The position numbers and the translations under genes were made by a program. A DNA stretch of 63,176 nucleotides, the filler included, from Nemertoderma westbladi (taxonomy: Eukaryota > Animalia > Xenacoelomorpha), in NCBI GenBank assembly GCA_032718475.1. It is 3 parts of 3 records of this genome, joined end to end, with 100 filler letters (N's around TTAATTAATTAA, not from the genome) between each part and the next. Parts side by side here need not be neighbours in the genome. Positions count along the whole stretch, not along the records: positions 50,905 to 63,176 come from JAUCBJ010000670.1; 2 more parts are not named here. One strand, written 5' to 3'. Shown one piece after another: positions 53,058 through 63,176 of this stretch. The number at the start of each line of letters is the position of its first letter. Position 1 is the first letter of the stretch. The notes beneath the pieces were generated by a model. The model ran no database searches. It was not told the origin of the DNA and was given only the letters and a program-made list of their open reading frames with translations.

Positions 53058-54389
53058 ACTGTGTTTCCCAATCCTCCCACCTCGCTTTGCTCCAGCGAAA
53101 ACTATCTCTGAAGCAGTGAAAGAATATCTTTTAACCTGATAAAATAAATAATTTATTTTATAATTAAATAATATCTTATTATTTAAGTAATTGCTTTATA
53201 TCCATCTTGGTAATTCGAATAACTTTAAAATTATTTTAATTACTGTAAATTAATTTCTGCTCAATCTGCATATTGCTTTAACCTATTTTATTATATCATA
53301 TTATAACTGACTAATCCAGTCTATTAATTCTCTGTTCATCCCAGTATTCTGCAGCAGATGACTCTGAACCACTTCCTCCCTTCCTACTTACATAATTCTT
53401 CTTGTTGTGCTTATCTCCACATTTCTGACAATACGAATAATATCCTCTTTCCATAATATGTCTCCTGCATATCGTGCAATAATTTCATTGGCGACCACTG
53501 CTACGACTATGAGTTGATGTAAGCTCTGGACTAACCTTAGTTCTTCTAACAGTCTTTTCCCACTTGTCTGTATTTATATCTTCACTTGCTAGGACATTGG
53601 TCCTTGACTCCGGCAGTGAACTTTCCAGTGAAAATTCCAAACTGTACTGATGGCTGTCAGACTTTCGAGAATTATGTTGAGTCCTCTTTCGGCATTTGAA
53701 ATTACACTTCTTACAACACATAAATTTCTTACCAATAATTATGTTGCAATATATCTATGTTGCTTTTCTTTCTCATTGGTGCACCTGTAATGCTGCTGGT
53801 GGACTCCATCAGTTGATCACTCCATCACTGATCTGAGACAATAGGACTTGGTTCCTTCCCTTCTAAGTCCTCTGTAATATTCACATTTCTAGTCACTGGT
53901 GCAGATAGAGTTTTCTTCACTGTATTTCTTTCATTTCCAACTGTCTGCCATCCATGTTTGTCTGTGACTGTCCTTTGCTCTTTCCACCATATTCTGGTGT
54001 TGAACTTAAGTCACCCCCAGATCGAGAGTGGGTATAGGTCACGTGTGTCTTCTCTTCCCTCCAGATTCAGCTTTATGGCTCATATGTCAGATACAGAATC
54101 CACAATAAAGTCCTGGATCTATAAAGCATTTGTTATACTGATGACATATTCCATCTTGGTGAACCCCCATTACCACCTTAATATCACCAGCTACTGACTC
54201 CCTATCCATCTTTCTCAAACATCGCCTTCAAAAATCTCCACCTTCCTTGATGGTCATACTACATCACCCACATCTTCTTTCTGGTTCTCTTTCTGAAACA
54301 CCATAGATTCATTTCCAACCATTACATTAACCATTGGACGATACTTCCATTTTGGCACTCGGGACCATCTTCCCCTTATGTGTTCCTCG

Positions 54390-54795
54390 ACCTTTATACC
54401 TTCAGTGTCGAGTAAGGATAGACAGCTTTCCGTTATGTTCCGAGTCCATTTCAGGCTCGCAATAGCTCCGTCAGCCACCTGTCGCTCCGTCCATTAATAT
54501 CCATTGCGTCTGGTGAGAGGATGCAGTTTTCCATTATGTTCTGAGTCCTTTTCAGGCTCATAATAGCTCCGTAGACTGCAAACCACTCCGTCCATGTCTG
54601 TCGGTCGAGCGAGGAAATATGGTTTTCCATCACGTTCCGACTCCTTTTCAGGCTCGTAATACCTCCGTAGACCATAATCCTCTCTGTAAGTTGCAGAACA
54701 TCGGTGCGAGCAGAGGAGAGTGATTTTCGCTGTGTTCAGAGTCCTTTTCAGGCTCGTAATAACTCCGTAGATCGCAAACCATGCTCCATCAGTGT
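54390..54795. repeat. Diverged tandem repeat, about 100-bp unit, 4 copies
   Basis: gttc.gagtcc.tttcaggctc..aata.ctccgt recurs near 54437, 54538, 54633 and 54734. Confidence 0.8.
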
Positions 54796-56692
54796 CGGTC
54801 CTTATATCTATATAGTAGTATATTCAGTATAAAATTATTTCGAATTGGGGTAATAAAGAATATGGCCGACTGCATATATGCAGCCATGGTAAAATTTTCA
54901 TCAATTTTTTTAACTATGAGACATCCAACCTATCAAATGATCTCATGATATTATCATCATTTTGCCAGACAATATTCTGGAACACATCAGACAAACCGAG
55001 GCAATGTCAAGCATATTGTCTACTGGGAGCAACCAGGGGGAAGATTACATAATGGAGGAATTTCATTACTGAATTAAAGCCATTGAAGGTAGGTCTGTAC
55101 CAACTGGTATGAATTCGTGGAATATAGTGTATGGGTCGGTTTTAAGTATTGAAATGTTGCCAAACATGTTATTTGCCATTATAGAACGCCGTGACCCAAC
55201 ACTTGAAACCCTGGCGCAAAAGTAACTCAATGCTTTATCTGTCACGATTGGACTCTGTTCTAATTGAGTGATGGTCAGAACTCCAACAATTGGAACATAT
55301 TTGGTGCGATATAGAGTCAGATTCCTGTATCGGGATTACAGGCAACCAGTTAGGTAGTGATATTGATGACGTTTTTGCCATTGGGAGACATAGACTAGTT
55401 TCAACAATGGCCGAAAATGTTAAGCCATAGCCCAACATTTTCCTCGGTTAAACCTTTCCAGCCTGTTGCTGTAACACACGACGAAGAAATATATCTTTGA
55501 CAGGTTGATAACTGGACCTGTGTGGAGATTTGATCTTGCTGAATACCGTAGAGATGAAAACATATTTAAATTAAAGTTTGAGCGTGAATAAAAAAGAAAC
55601 CGGAAACAAGAACTCATACTTTGCAATACTAATGCACTTCTGAGCATTCCAAAACAAAAAAACAGATTGAAAATCGGTTCACAAATAGCTGAGAAAACGT
55701 GTTTCTCATTCATTAATATGTTCAAAGAATAGTTTTGAGTAAAATCTCTTTAAAGTTCGCTTATAATAATTCAAACCTTCCCACCATTTTTAGTAATATG
55801 GATTTTTTTCCCTTTTCCCTTTGTAGTGTTTTTCGAATCAATCTTTGATGCCAATTTTGTACCTAACAAAAGTAACAAACAAAACCAAATTGGCAATATA
55901 ACAAAATTTAACAATATTTAGCAGGATGAAAGAAAGCCTTCTCGCAGCACGAGAAATTAAGTGAAGCCTTATTTATAGAACAAATATTGCTTTCTTATTA
56001 GAATATTAGAGTAGGGGTCGGCTGTAGAGGGGGTAAAAAAGTGATGTGTTCCAGATTCACCCAGGTCACAGCCCCTTTGGAAGCCTGGCCCCTCCTGGTC
56101 ATTCTGGTATATAATTTAACATATTTTATCAAAGCAAAAAAAATCGCCAGCTGTTTGAATTGAACATTGGCAACTTTCTAAAATCATCGGAAATTGCGTC
56201 AGTGAACCATAACCAAACCATGTATATTGAATTCAAGTGAGGACAGACCTGGGTGAATCCTAAATAACATTCTAATTTTGACTTCAGTACTTCCAATATC
56301 AACCATATAATAACTACATTCATTACCAATTTTAGGTACTACTTTATTTCTTTAGGTTCTATTTTTATATTTCATTCAAGCTTTACATGCAAAGTGGATT
56401 TGCGCTGCGCTTAGGCCAGACCATTTCATAATCCGCATTCAAAGTACCATAACTTTTGATCCTGTGGATGAATATAGCTCAATCAATTTTTTTTTATAAA
56501 CTAAGGGGTTGGCTGTAGAGGGAACATAAAAGTTATCATTACCAATTATCAGTGAAATGGAATTAAACATAGAAATCAAATTATCAAACTACATTACATA
56601 CCATCTACTACCAGTATATAATATAAACTCATCTAATCTACAACTGGTATTGGTTGGACGTAATAAAGTTTATACAATGCATCTATAGCTGG

Positions 56693-57720
56693 TCAGTTAT
56701 CAACTATGAATGTCATTGTTCGTACCCCTTGTATTTCCCACATTCCTATGACATTACATGGTAAAATCTGAATTTGTTTCACTGTTTGAACATCTGGAGT
56801 CCGAGGGTGGCGCCACTTAGCATCACTTGCTGCATCTACTCTGACTAGGTGCTCAACATCAAATGTATCATCTTCATTTTTTGACTGAACGAGACCAATG
56901 TGCCATTTTCTTCCATTTTGATCATCCCATATCACTGCTTTCATATCATTAATCTGTATATCATCATCGTTGCTATTGTCAGAAACTGCAATATCTGATT
57001 GTGTAATGAGTTTGTCAACTGCATTATCAGATATTCCACCATAATTGTAAAGTTTATTCAAATCTTCTTCATACATGATTCCATGGGCACTTTTATTTTC
57101 AATCTCTTGATTGCCAGCAAGAATAATTGCCAGATTGGCTTTTAATTGAGTCAGAGTCTGTTGGTTAAGTTTATATAATTGCGGACGGACCGAGTAATCT
57201 TTGGGTGAAGTATGTCGTCTGTATGATATTTCTGTTCGCATCACTTTTTTCAAATATAGTTCATCATATCCTGCTTTGATTTTTCTACCATATTTAAGAA
57301 TGGCATTGTTACTTTGTATGTGAACCATGCTAGACTCTTCAACCTAATTTCAATAAGTGGATAGTCCAAGTACAACCTACATGCCTGAATGAGAACATTT
57401 GAACGAGTAGTAGAACTTAGAAGCTTATCAATGTCACTCAGGTGATACACAATTGCAGCCGCAGTGTAACCAAGTTTAGCAAATCTTCTTTCAGTGTAAA
57501 TTGAGAATTTTTTGCGTTTGCTGTCTCGGGCGAGCTGAACATCGAACTCTTCAAACAGGGACGACTGATGTCCATCATTTGTTACCAATTTCTGGAATGC
57601 AGTGATAGCTGCAACAGTTACACACTTGTTTGTTGGCAAGAAAGATCGTAAGAATGGTTGATGCGAAAGTATTGATTCATGCAGATTAGATTGGCGTTCA
57701 AGTTCTAACAAAACAAGCAA
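56693..57720 (-). pseudogene. Degenerate DNA-transposase-like fragment with a C-terminal Tudor/SH3-like module
   Basis: Two overlapping ORFs: ERRFAKLG...NVLIQACRLYL...YKVTMPFLNMVE and AVIWDD..RKWHIGLV...FDVEHL...KWRHP..PDVQ. Pattern resembles invertebrate transposase tails; family not assignable. Confidence 0.45.
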
Positions 57721-58088
57721 GTTCTCTATTGCTGTTATCTAAAGCTCTCTATTGTATGGCTCTGTTTAAACCGACCCAAGACAACATTAGGATGTGAACA
57801 CAGAATTCCATTGCCTATTCATTTCAATGGTAGCCAACTTGTCTTTCTTGGGGGGTAGACCTTTGGTTAGCTTTCCTTTGTGTTATACAAAGATAGCGGC
57901 AGGAATAAAGAGAAATACCGACCTCACTAATGGGCTGTTCCCTCAGGTCGGCTTAAGGTACAGTTGGGTTGTAGGTACTACAGTTTGAATGTTCAAGGGC
58001 GCCAGTACCCACCCAGCCCAGTCTCTATCCTAGTGCACAGGATGAGGCGAGTTGAGTTGGAGTTGAGCGTGGGTGGAGTGATTGACAA

Positions 58089-58600
58089 GTTAGTTGGAGA
58101 GTTAGTTAGTAGTAAGAGGGTACGTAGTACCGTTAGTTGGAGAGTTAGTTAGTAGTAAGAGGGTACGTAGTACCGTTAGTTGGAGAGTTAGTTAGTAGTA
58201 AGAGGGTACATAGTACCGTTAGTTGGAGAGTTAGTTAGTAGTAAGAGGGTACGTAGTACCGGCAGTAAGAGTTAGTGGAGTTAGAGAAGTTAGTAAGAGG
58301 GTACATAGTACCGGCAGTAAGAGTTAGTGGAGTTAGAGAAGTTAGTAAGAGGGTATGTAATACCGCAGTAAGAGTTAGTGGAGTTAGAGAAGTTAGTAAG
58401 AGGGTACGTATTACCGGCAATAAGAGTTAGTGGAGTTAGAGAAGTTAGTAAGAGGGTACGTAGTACCGGCAGTAAGAGTTAGTGGAGTTAGAGAAGTTAG
58501 TAAGAGGGTATGTATAGTACCGTTAGTAGTAAGAGTTAGTGGTAAGATGGTATATAGTATACAGTAAGAGTTAGTAAGAGTTAGTAGAAATTAGCTAGGA
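58089..58600. repeat. Compound strand-asymmetric minisatellite: 43-bp unit x4, then about 52-bp unit x5
   Basis: gttagttggagagttagttagtagtaagagggtacgtagtacc, then ggcagtaagagttagtggagttagagaagttagtaagagggtac.tagtacc. Confidence 0.92.
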
Positions 58601-58931
58601 AGTTAGTAGTGAGTAGCGAGAGGGGGGGCACGTGGGTACAGCTGGGCAGATCGTGTAGGCCGCACGAGACATACTGCTGTACTGCACAAGCCCATAGAGT
58701 AGGCCAGAATATGGATTAGAATAGAAATAATCCATTAGTAAATTGATAGCACAGTCATAGAATTAAAATAAATATTAGAAATTAGAAATTAAACAAATTA
58801 TGGTAACAGTAGTAGGGAAAATATTCCAGAACATAATTAAAGTAACGGACAGAATTACGAAATTTGGTAGAAATTAGCAATTTTAGAAAATAAGATAGGA
58901 AAATTAGGCAATAACCTGACATTCAGCGAGA

Positions 58932-59780
58932 CTACTACTACTAGGATCGGCATGCTGCATTGCAGCTGCATTTTTAAGAATGCTGTGCCGGCTTGTCAAC
59001 AAAATTGCACCGCCACAACTCCCTATCACCCATGACATTTGCTAGATCATCCGCATCTTTAAGGCCAGTGTCCTTTAAGATGCGTCTCAAGAAAGTCATG
59101 GGCTGTCCACCATGCTTATTCACTCCATGAGGCTGCCAAAGTACAAGATTATGCACTGGCTGGTCCTCACGGCGAAAGCAATGTCCTGCAAAGCGGAGGC
59201 GATTTTGTTCTAGTGTCAAGCTTGGGGGAACCAATGAGACACCTCCAATGTTATATAGTGTCTGGTTGGAGATGTGTGCATTGTACTTGACACAATGAAC
59301 CCGGTGTAGCATTCTTGTGAATGTGCCATCCAGAGATTTGGTGTCCTCAGCAGTTAGAGCCCAGCATGGACTCCCGTAGAGGAGTACTGGAACTACTGCT
59401 GCTCTAAATAATCGGACCTTAAGTTTCCAATTAATTCTCGGTGACTTCTAAATCCTGGAAAGCCTATTCAAGGCTGCCCATGCCTTTCCCTTACGTATTC
59501 GAAGGTCCTCACCTGACTTCCGGATCCATGATCCCAGGTAACAGAAGTCGTCCACATGCTCAAGCATACCATCCTTTGAGCTTATGCTCATCCGATCAGA
59601 GACTTGCTGAGGACTTTCAAAGTTAACGGTCAGAATTTTGGTCTTTCTGGAGTTAATAAAAAGACCAACACTAGAAGCAGCATGTTCTAATGAGCTGAGG
59701 AGCCGTTGGGCTCCCTCTAATGATTCTGAGAGTACTCCTAAGTCATCAGCAAAGTCTAGATCAGTTAGGTACTTGGCAGG
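58932..59780 (-). mobile_element. 5'-truncated RTE LINE insertion with TSD
   Basis: RT motif DLDFADD, FCYLGSW, (TAG)n tail; 11-bp TSD attcagcgaga at 58921-58931 and 59781-59791. Confidence 0.95.
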
Positions 59781-59896
59781 ATTCAGCGAGAGGTAGGCCA
59801 TTATCGGACAGTACAAACCATCCTAACTTCATCACTCATCTGTATTGCGCCTTGGCAAGGCACCACCTTATAGGTGAGCGATTGGGAGAGTTCGAA

Positions 59897-62450
59897 ATGG
59901 CGGAGAAACTTGTTCGAAAGAGAAAGGCGGAGTTGGGAGGAAAGGAGATACTGGTGGATTTCACCGAGAGGCATCCGGAAGAGAAGACGAGGGGATACTA
60001 CGAGCGGTTAAAGAGGGGTCACAAAGCGCGAGCGCTGTAGGACCATTTCAGGGAGGTCCACGAACAGCGGCTGGTTGGGACCTACGGGACACCGTCGCTA
60101 GACAACGCAATCTTCGAGCATTTCCACTACGTGGTGAAGGGAGACGAGGCGAAGTTCGGGATACCGAAGTACCCAAAGGAACCACCGAGAAAGGACTGGA
60201 AGAGGTTCGTAGAGTCCGTCAGCAGGCTAGGATACACGGTCCCAGACGATGAGGGGTCTGTGGAGGACGAGGAAGGTTCGAGGAGAGGCTCGGCGGGGTC
60301 GGCCAGAACCATACTCCTGCATTTGGCCGCGCCAATTGGGGACATTTTCCTATTCGACCTGGGAACGTATGGGAAGAAGAATGGGCCGAAGTTGAACCGG
60401 TTGCCAAAGGCAGTGCAAACCCTAGTAAGAGAGAAGTAGACAATAAAGGTGGGATCGGCGATCCGCGACGATGCGGAGAGGATCATCGGTCTGGACACCC
60501 CCAACCTCCTGGACATGCAGACGGTCTACATGGCTATGACAGGGCCAGACGGGTTGGGACTAGTAGGGAACGCAGGCCATTGTGGAGCGGTGGCGATGGG
60601 CCAACTAATGGGGCTCGTGTGTCACAAACCAATGGACTGGGGTGAATTCAGAGAGGAGTACGGAGCGGAGTTGGCAAACTCGCTGAAGTGGGGAGCGAGA
60701 CCGGGGAAGCAAGAGGTGTATCAATTCCGGAGAGGAGTGATAAAGGTATATCAGAAGCGATATATCCTGCAGGAGGACTGGATAATGATAGGTTTGCTAA
60801 ACCTATTCATGACCGTGGTTATTGAGAGAGAAACAACGGCATTCCTGTTATCGGGATCACCCCTGAACTACAGAAGAGCCTTCAAAATGGCTTTCGAGGG
60901 TCTGGTAGACCACCCGGGGCTGAAGGGCGAGTCGGTATATTATAACTGCCGATCTCTAGTAGACGGGGAGGTGGATACGCTATATCAGAGGTGGGAGCAG
61001 CTAGAGGCGGATAGACGAGAGGCGAAGTGATTGGAAGAAATCGCTAGGCGAGAAAGGAGGGAGGCAGAAGAAAGGGAGGAGGAAGCAAAAAGGGAGAGCT
61101 ATGGATTCGAGGAACAGGCGGCCTTAGACAAGCTACACTGGACATCAGGGAGTTCGGGCGAGTCTCTAGGGTGAGAATTGGGGTGGACGGTGGGATCACC
61201 GAAACAGTCGACATCGGGATTGCAGGCGACGCCCATACCAGCGGGCGCCGAGGGTGATTTCACGCAGAGGAGGCCAGGTGAACTGGAAGGATGGAGAGTC
61301 ACGGGCGAGAGCCAAGGTGGGAAGGGTCACAGTGGATCCACCGGGATACCGGGATTGGAGCTACTCGCAGAGGAGGACGAGGATGATGATGAGTTCGGAG
61401 AGATGCCACCCATCGGGAGAATCGGCCACTCGGACACGGACTGGGTTGGCGGGAGGGTGGTGACGGCCAGCGGGGCGAGGGCCTTCTGTGATAGACCCGG
61501 CAAGCGGGCCTGGGTGCATGAGGAGCCGGCGATGGATTTCGTGGGGAGCACCATCAGGTTGGGCGAGCAACCAGGAACGGCACCACGGGCAGTAATCGGA
61601 GAGACGATGCCCGGGCGGGGCGAGGAGATAGACGTGGACAGGGACGCTAACGTCCAGAAGTTCGCTTACCAGCGACTCCACAGACTGAGGAGATCACTTG
61701 GGACGAAAGACGACATGGGGCGGGAGGCATTGGTACTCGGCTGCGATTACTACGGAAGGCAGACTCACCAGGAAAGGAGCTGCTTGTACCGATTCCAGAA
61801 AGGGACTAGTTGTCTCTACTGCCGTGAGTCGAGCGACAGGATGGGGGCGTGTCCTCGGTTGCACAACCGGTGTTCTAAGTGCAACTTCCGGGGGCATTAC
61901 AGACGCCAGTGCGACTGGATGGACGACGAGGAGAAGTTTAGGATTTTCGAGGAGTGGGCCGATGTCGGCGCCATGACCCAACAGCGGATGAAGGCCCAGG
62001 AATTCCGGTGGAGGTCAACCAGGAGGCCCACCTGGAGATCATTAAACGGAGACTTCCGTTTACTTATCAGGAGGTGTCAACGGCGGCGTCGTATGCCGGA
62101 GTGATAAATACGCAGAGATATCTGGACAGGTGGACGCCACAGAACCGAGGAGAGTTCAGAGATTTCTTGGCGTAGCATGTGCCGCGGGCTATGAAAGTGA
62201 TCCTATGGGATGCACTAGGGAGAAACAACAGGGCCATTCGGAGGGGCCACCCGCGAAGCGATACCAGGAGCTGATAACACCAGCGCCCAAGGAGTCGACG
62301 ACGGGAATCAGTAGAGAGGTGACGGCGAGGGTCAGGAATCTGAAAGGGGATAAGGGCAAGGGAGCGGCAGCGACCAGGAAACGACCGAGGGAGGAGGACG
62401 ACAGAGGGAAGGAGTTGAGATGGTTCCCAAAGTCAGGTGGAACGAACTAG
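59897..62450 (+). pseudogene. Disrupted large ORF: DEDDy (WRN/EXD/RNase D-like) 3'-5' exonuclease domain, coiled coil and clustered zinc knuckles
   Basis: ORFs starting at 59720, 60131, 60449 and 61178 share one frame, interrupted only by stops at 60038, 60437, 61028 and 61172. ExoI-like TVPDDEG; LLHLAAPIGDIFLFDL; LPKAVQTLV; ExoII-like IKVGSAIRDD; NLLDM; ExoIII-like YQKRYILQED. Knuckles CDY...H....C, CLYC...C, CSKCNFRGHYRRQC. Frameshifts after about 61995. Confidence 0.6.
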
Positions 62451-63176
62451 GACTTGGGTGTGGAGACGCCTGGAAGGCGCCACATGTGAAGTAATACGAA
62501 CTCCTAAGTGCAAATTTAATTAAAAGTGCAATTAGTATGTACGTATGTAGTAATCATTAGTATATAGTCACATAGAAAATACAATCAAAGTAAGTACTAT
62601 AGTCATATAACCTTTTCCAATTAGCTACTGGGACTGGGGACCAATTGACTATGACAGGACGGGGCATTGGACGACTTCACACTTCTTGAGTGCGACGGCA
62701 CAGGAGGGAAGGGTGAGGCTCGTCATGAGTGAGTGGGTTAGTTAGAGGTTGAGTATAGAACGCGTGGAGGGAAGGCGAGTGCAATTCAAGTGTGGGGGGG
62801 AGGAGTAAGAGGTAGAGTGAGGGACAAGGAGGTCCGAGAGTTAGAGTGGAGGAGAGGTTAGAGTCGGTTAGAGCGGAGTTAGAGTGGAGAGAGTAGTGGA
62901 GAGGTAAAAATTGTGTGAGAAATCCACAATCGTCTCGACACGGGACGCCAGATGTCTTAGTGCAAGGTAGGCGAAGTTGCACCAGAGAGGGTAGCAATTA
63001 TCATGCCCATAGGGAGCAGCCTGGAAAGCCGGCTCCGAGAAAGAGAACTCCACCTCACACCCGATAGTAGATCGGGTTCCAGCGGATTTGAAGCGCACTT
63101 GTCGGTTGATGCTATCTTCTCACCGGGAAGATAGCATGGGGGGGAGTGTGAGCGGATTCAATTCCGCCCACCATAA

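Noticed and set aside
53330-54350. Possible decayed Gypsy gag/protease on the minus strand
   Set aside because: Purine-skewed and coding-like, but too many stops and no clear catalytic motif.
58089-58520. CRISPR-like regular repeats
   Set aside because: Head-to-tail units without unique spacers, no cas genes, eukaryotic context.

Overview
AT-rich, transposon-dense eukaryotic (invertebrate-like) genomic window in three contigs joined by two artificial 100-bp N/TTAATTAATTAA linkers (20100-20199, 50805-50904). It opens with two spliced exons of an axonemal dynein heavy chain (244-346, 1171-1395, + strand), and I see no later dynein exon. About 8 kb further, on the same contig and the opposite strand, lies an intact, intronless, strikingly GC/CpG-rich 943-aa Piwi-clade Argonaute (PIWIL2/Ago3-like) with its D-E-D-H slicer tetrad. 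The rest is mostly decayed mobile DNA: three HINE/DINE-like Helentron elements full of RFX X-box-like motifs, a broken piggyBac, three BEL/Pao retrotransposon copies (two form a tandem duplication, one is inverted), RTE and CRE-like LINE fragments, MITEs of several superfamilies, and tandem repeats. Near the end is a degraded ORF of roughly 850 aa combining a WRN/EXD-like DEDDy 3'-5' exonuclease domain with clustered zinc knuckles, probably mobile-element cargo. All family assignments come from motif recognition by eye; no database searches were run.
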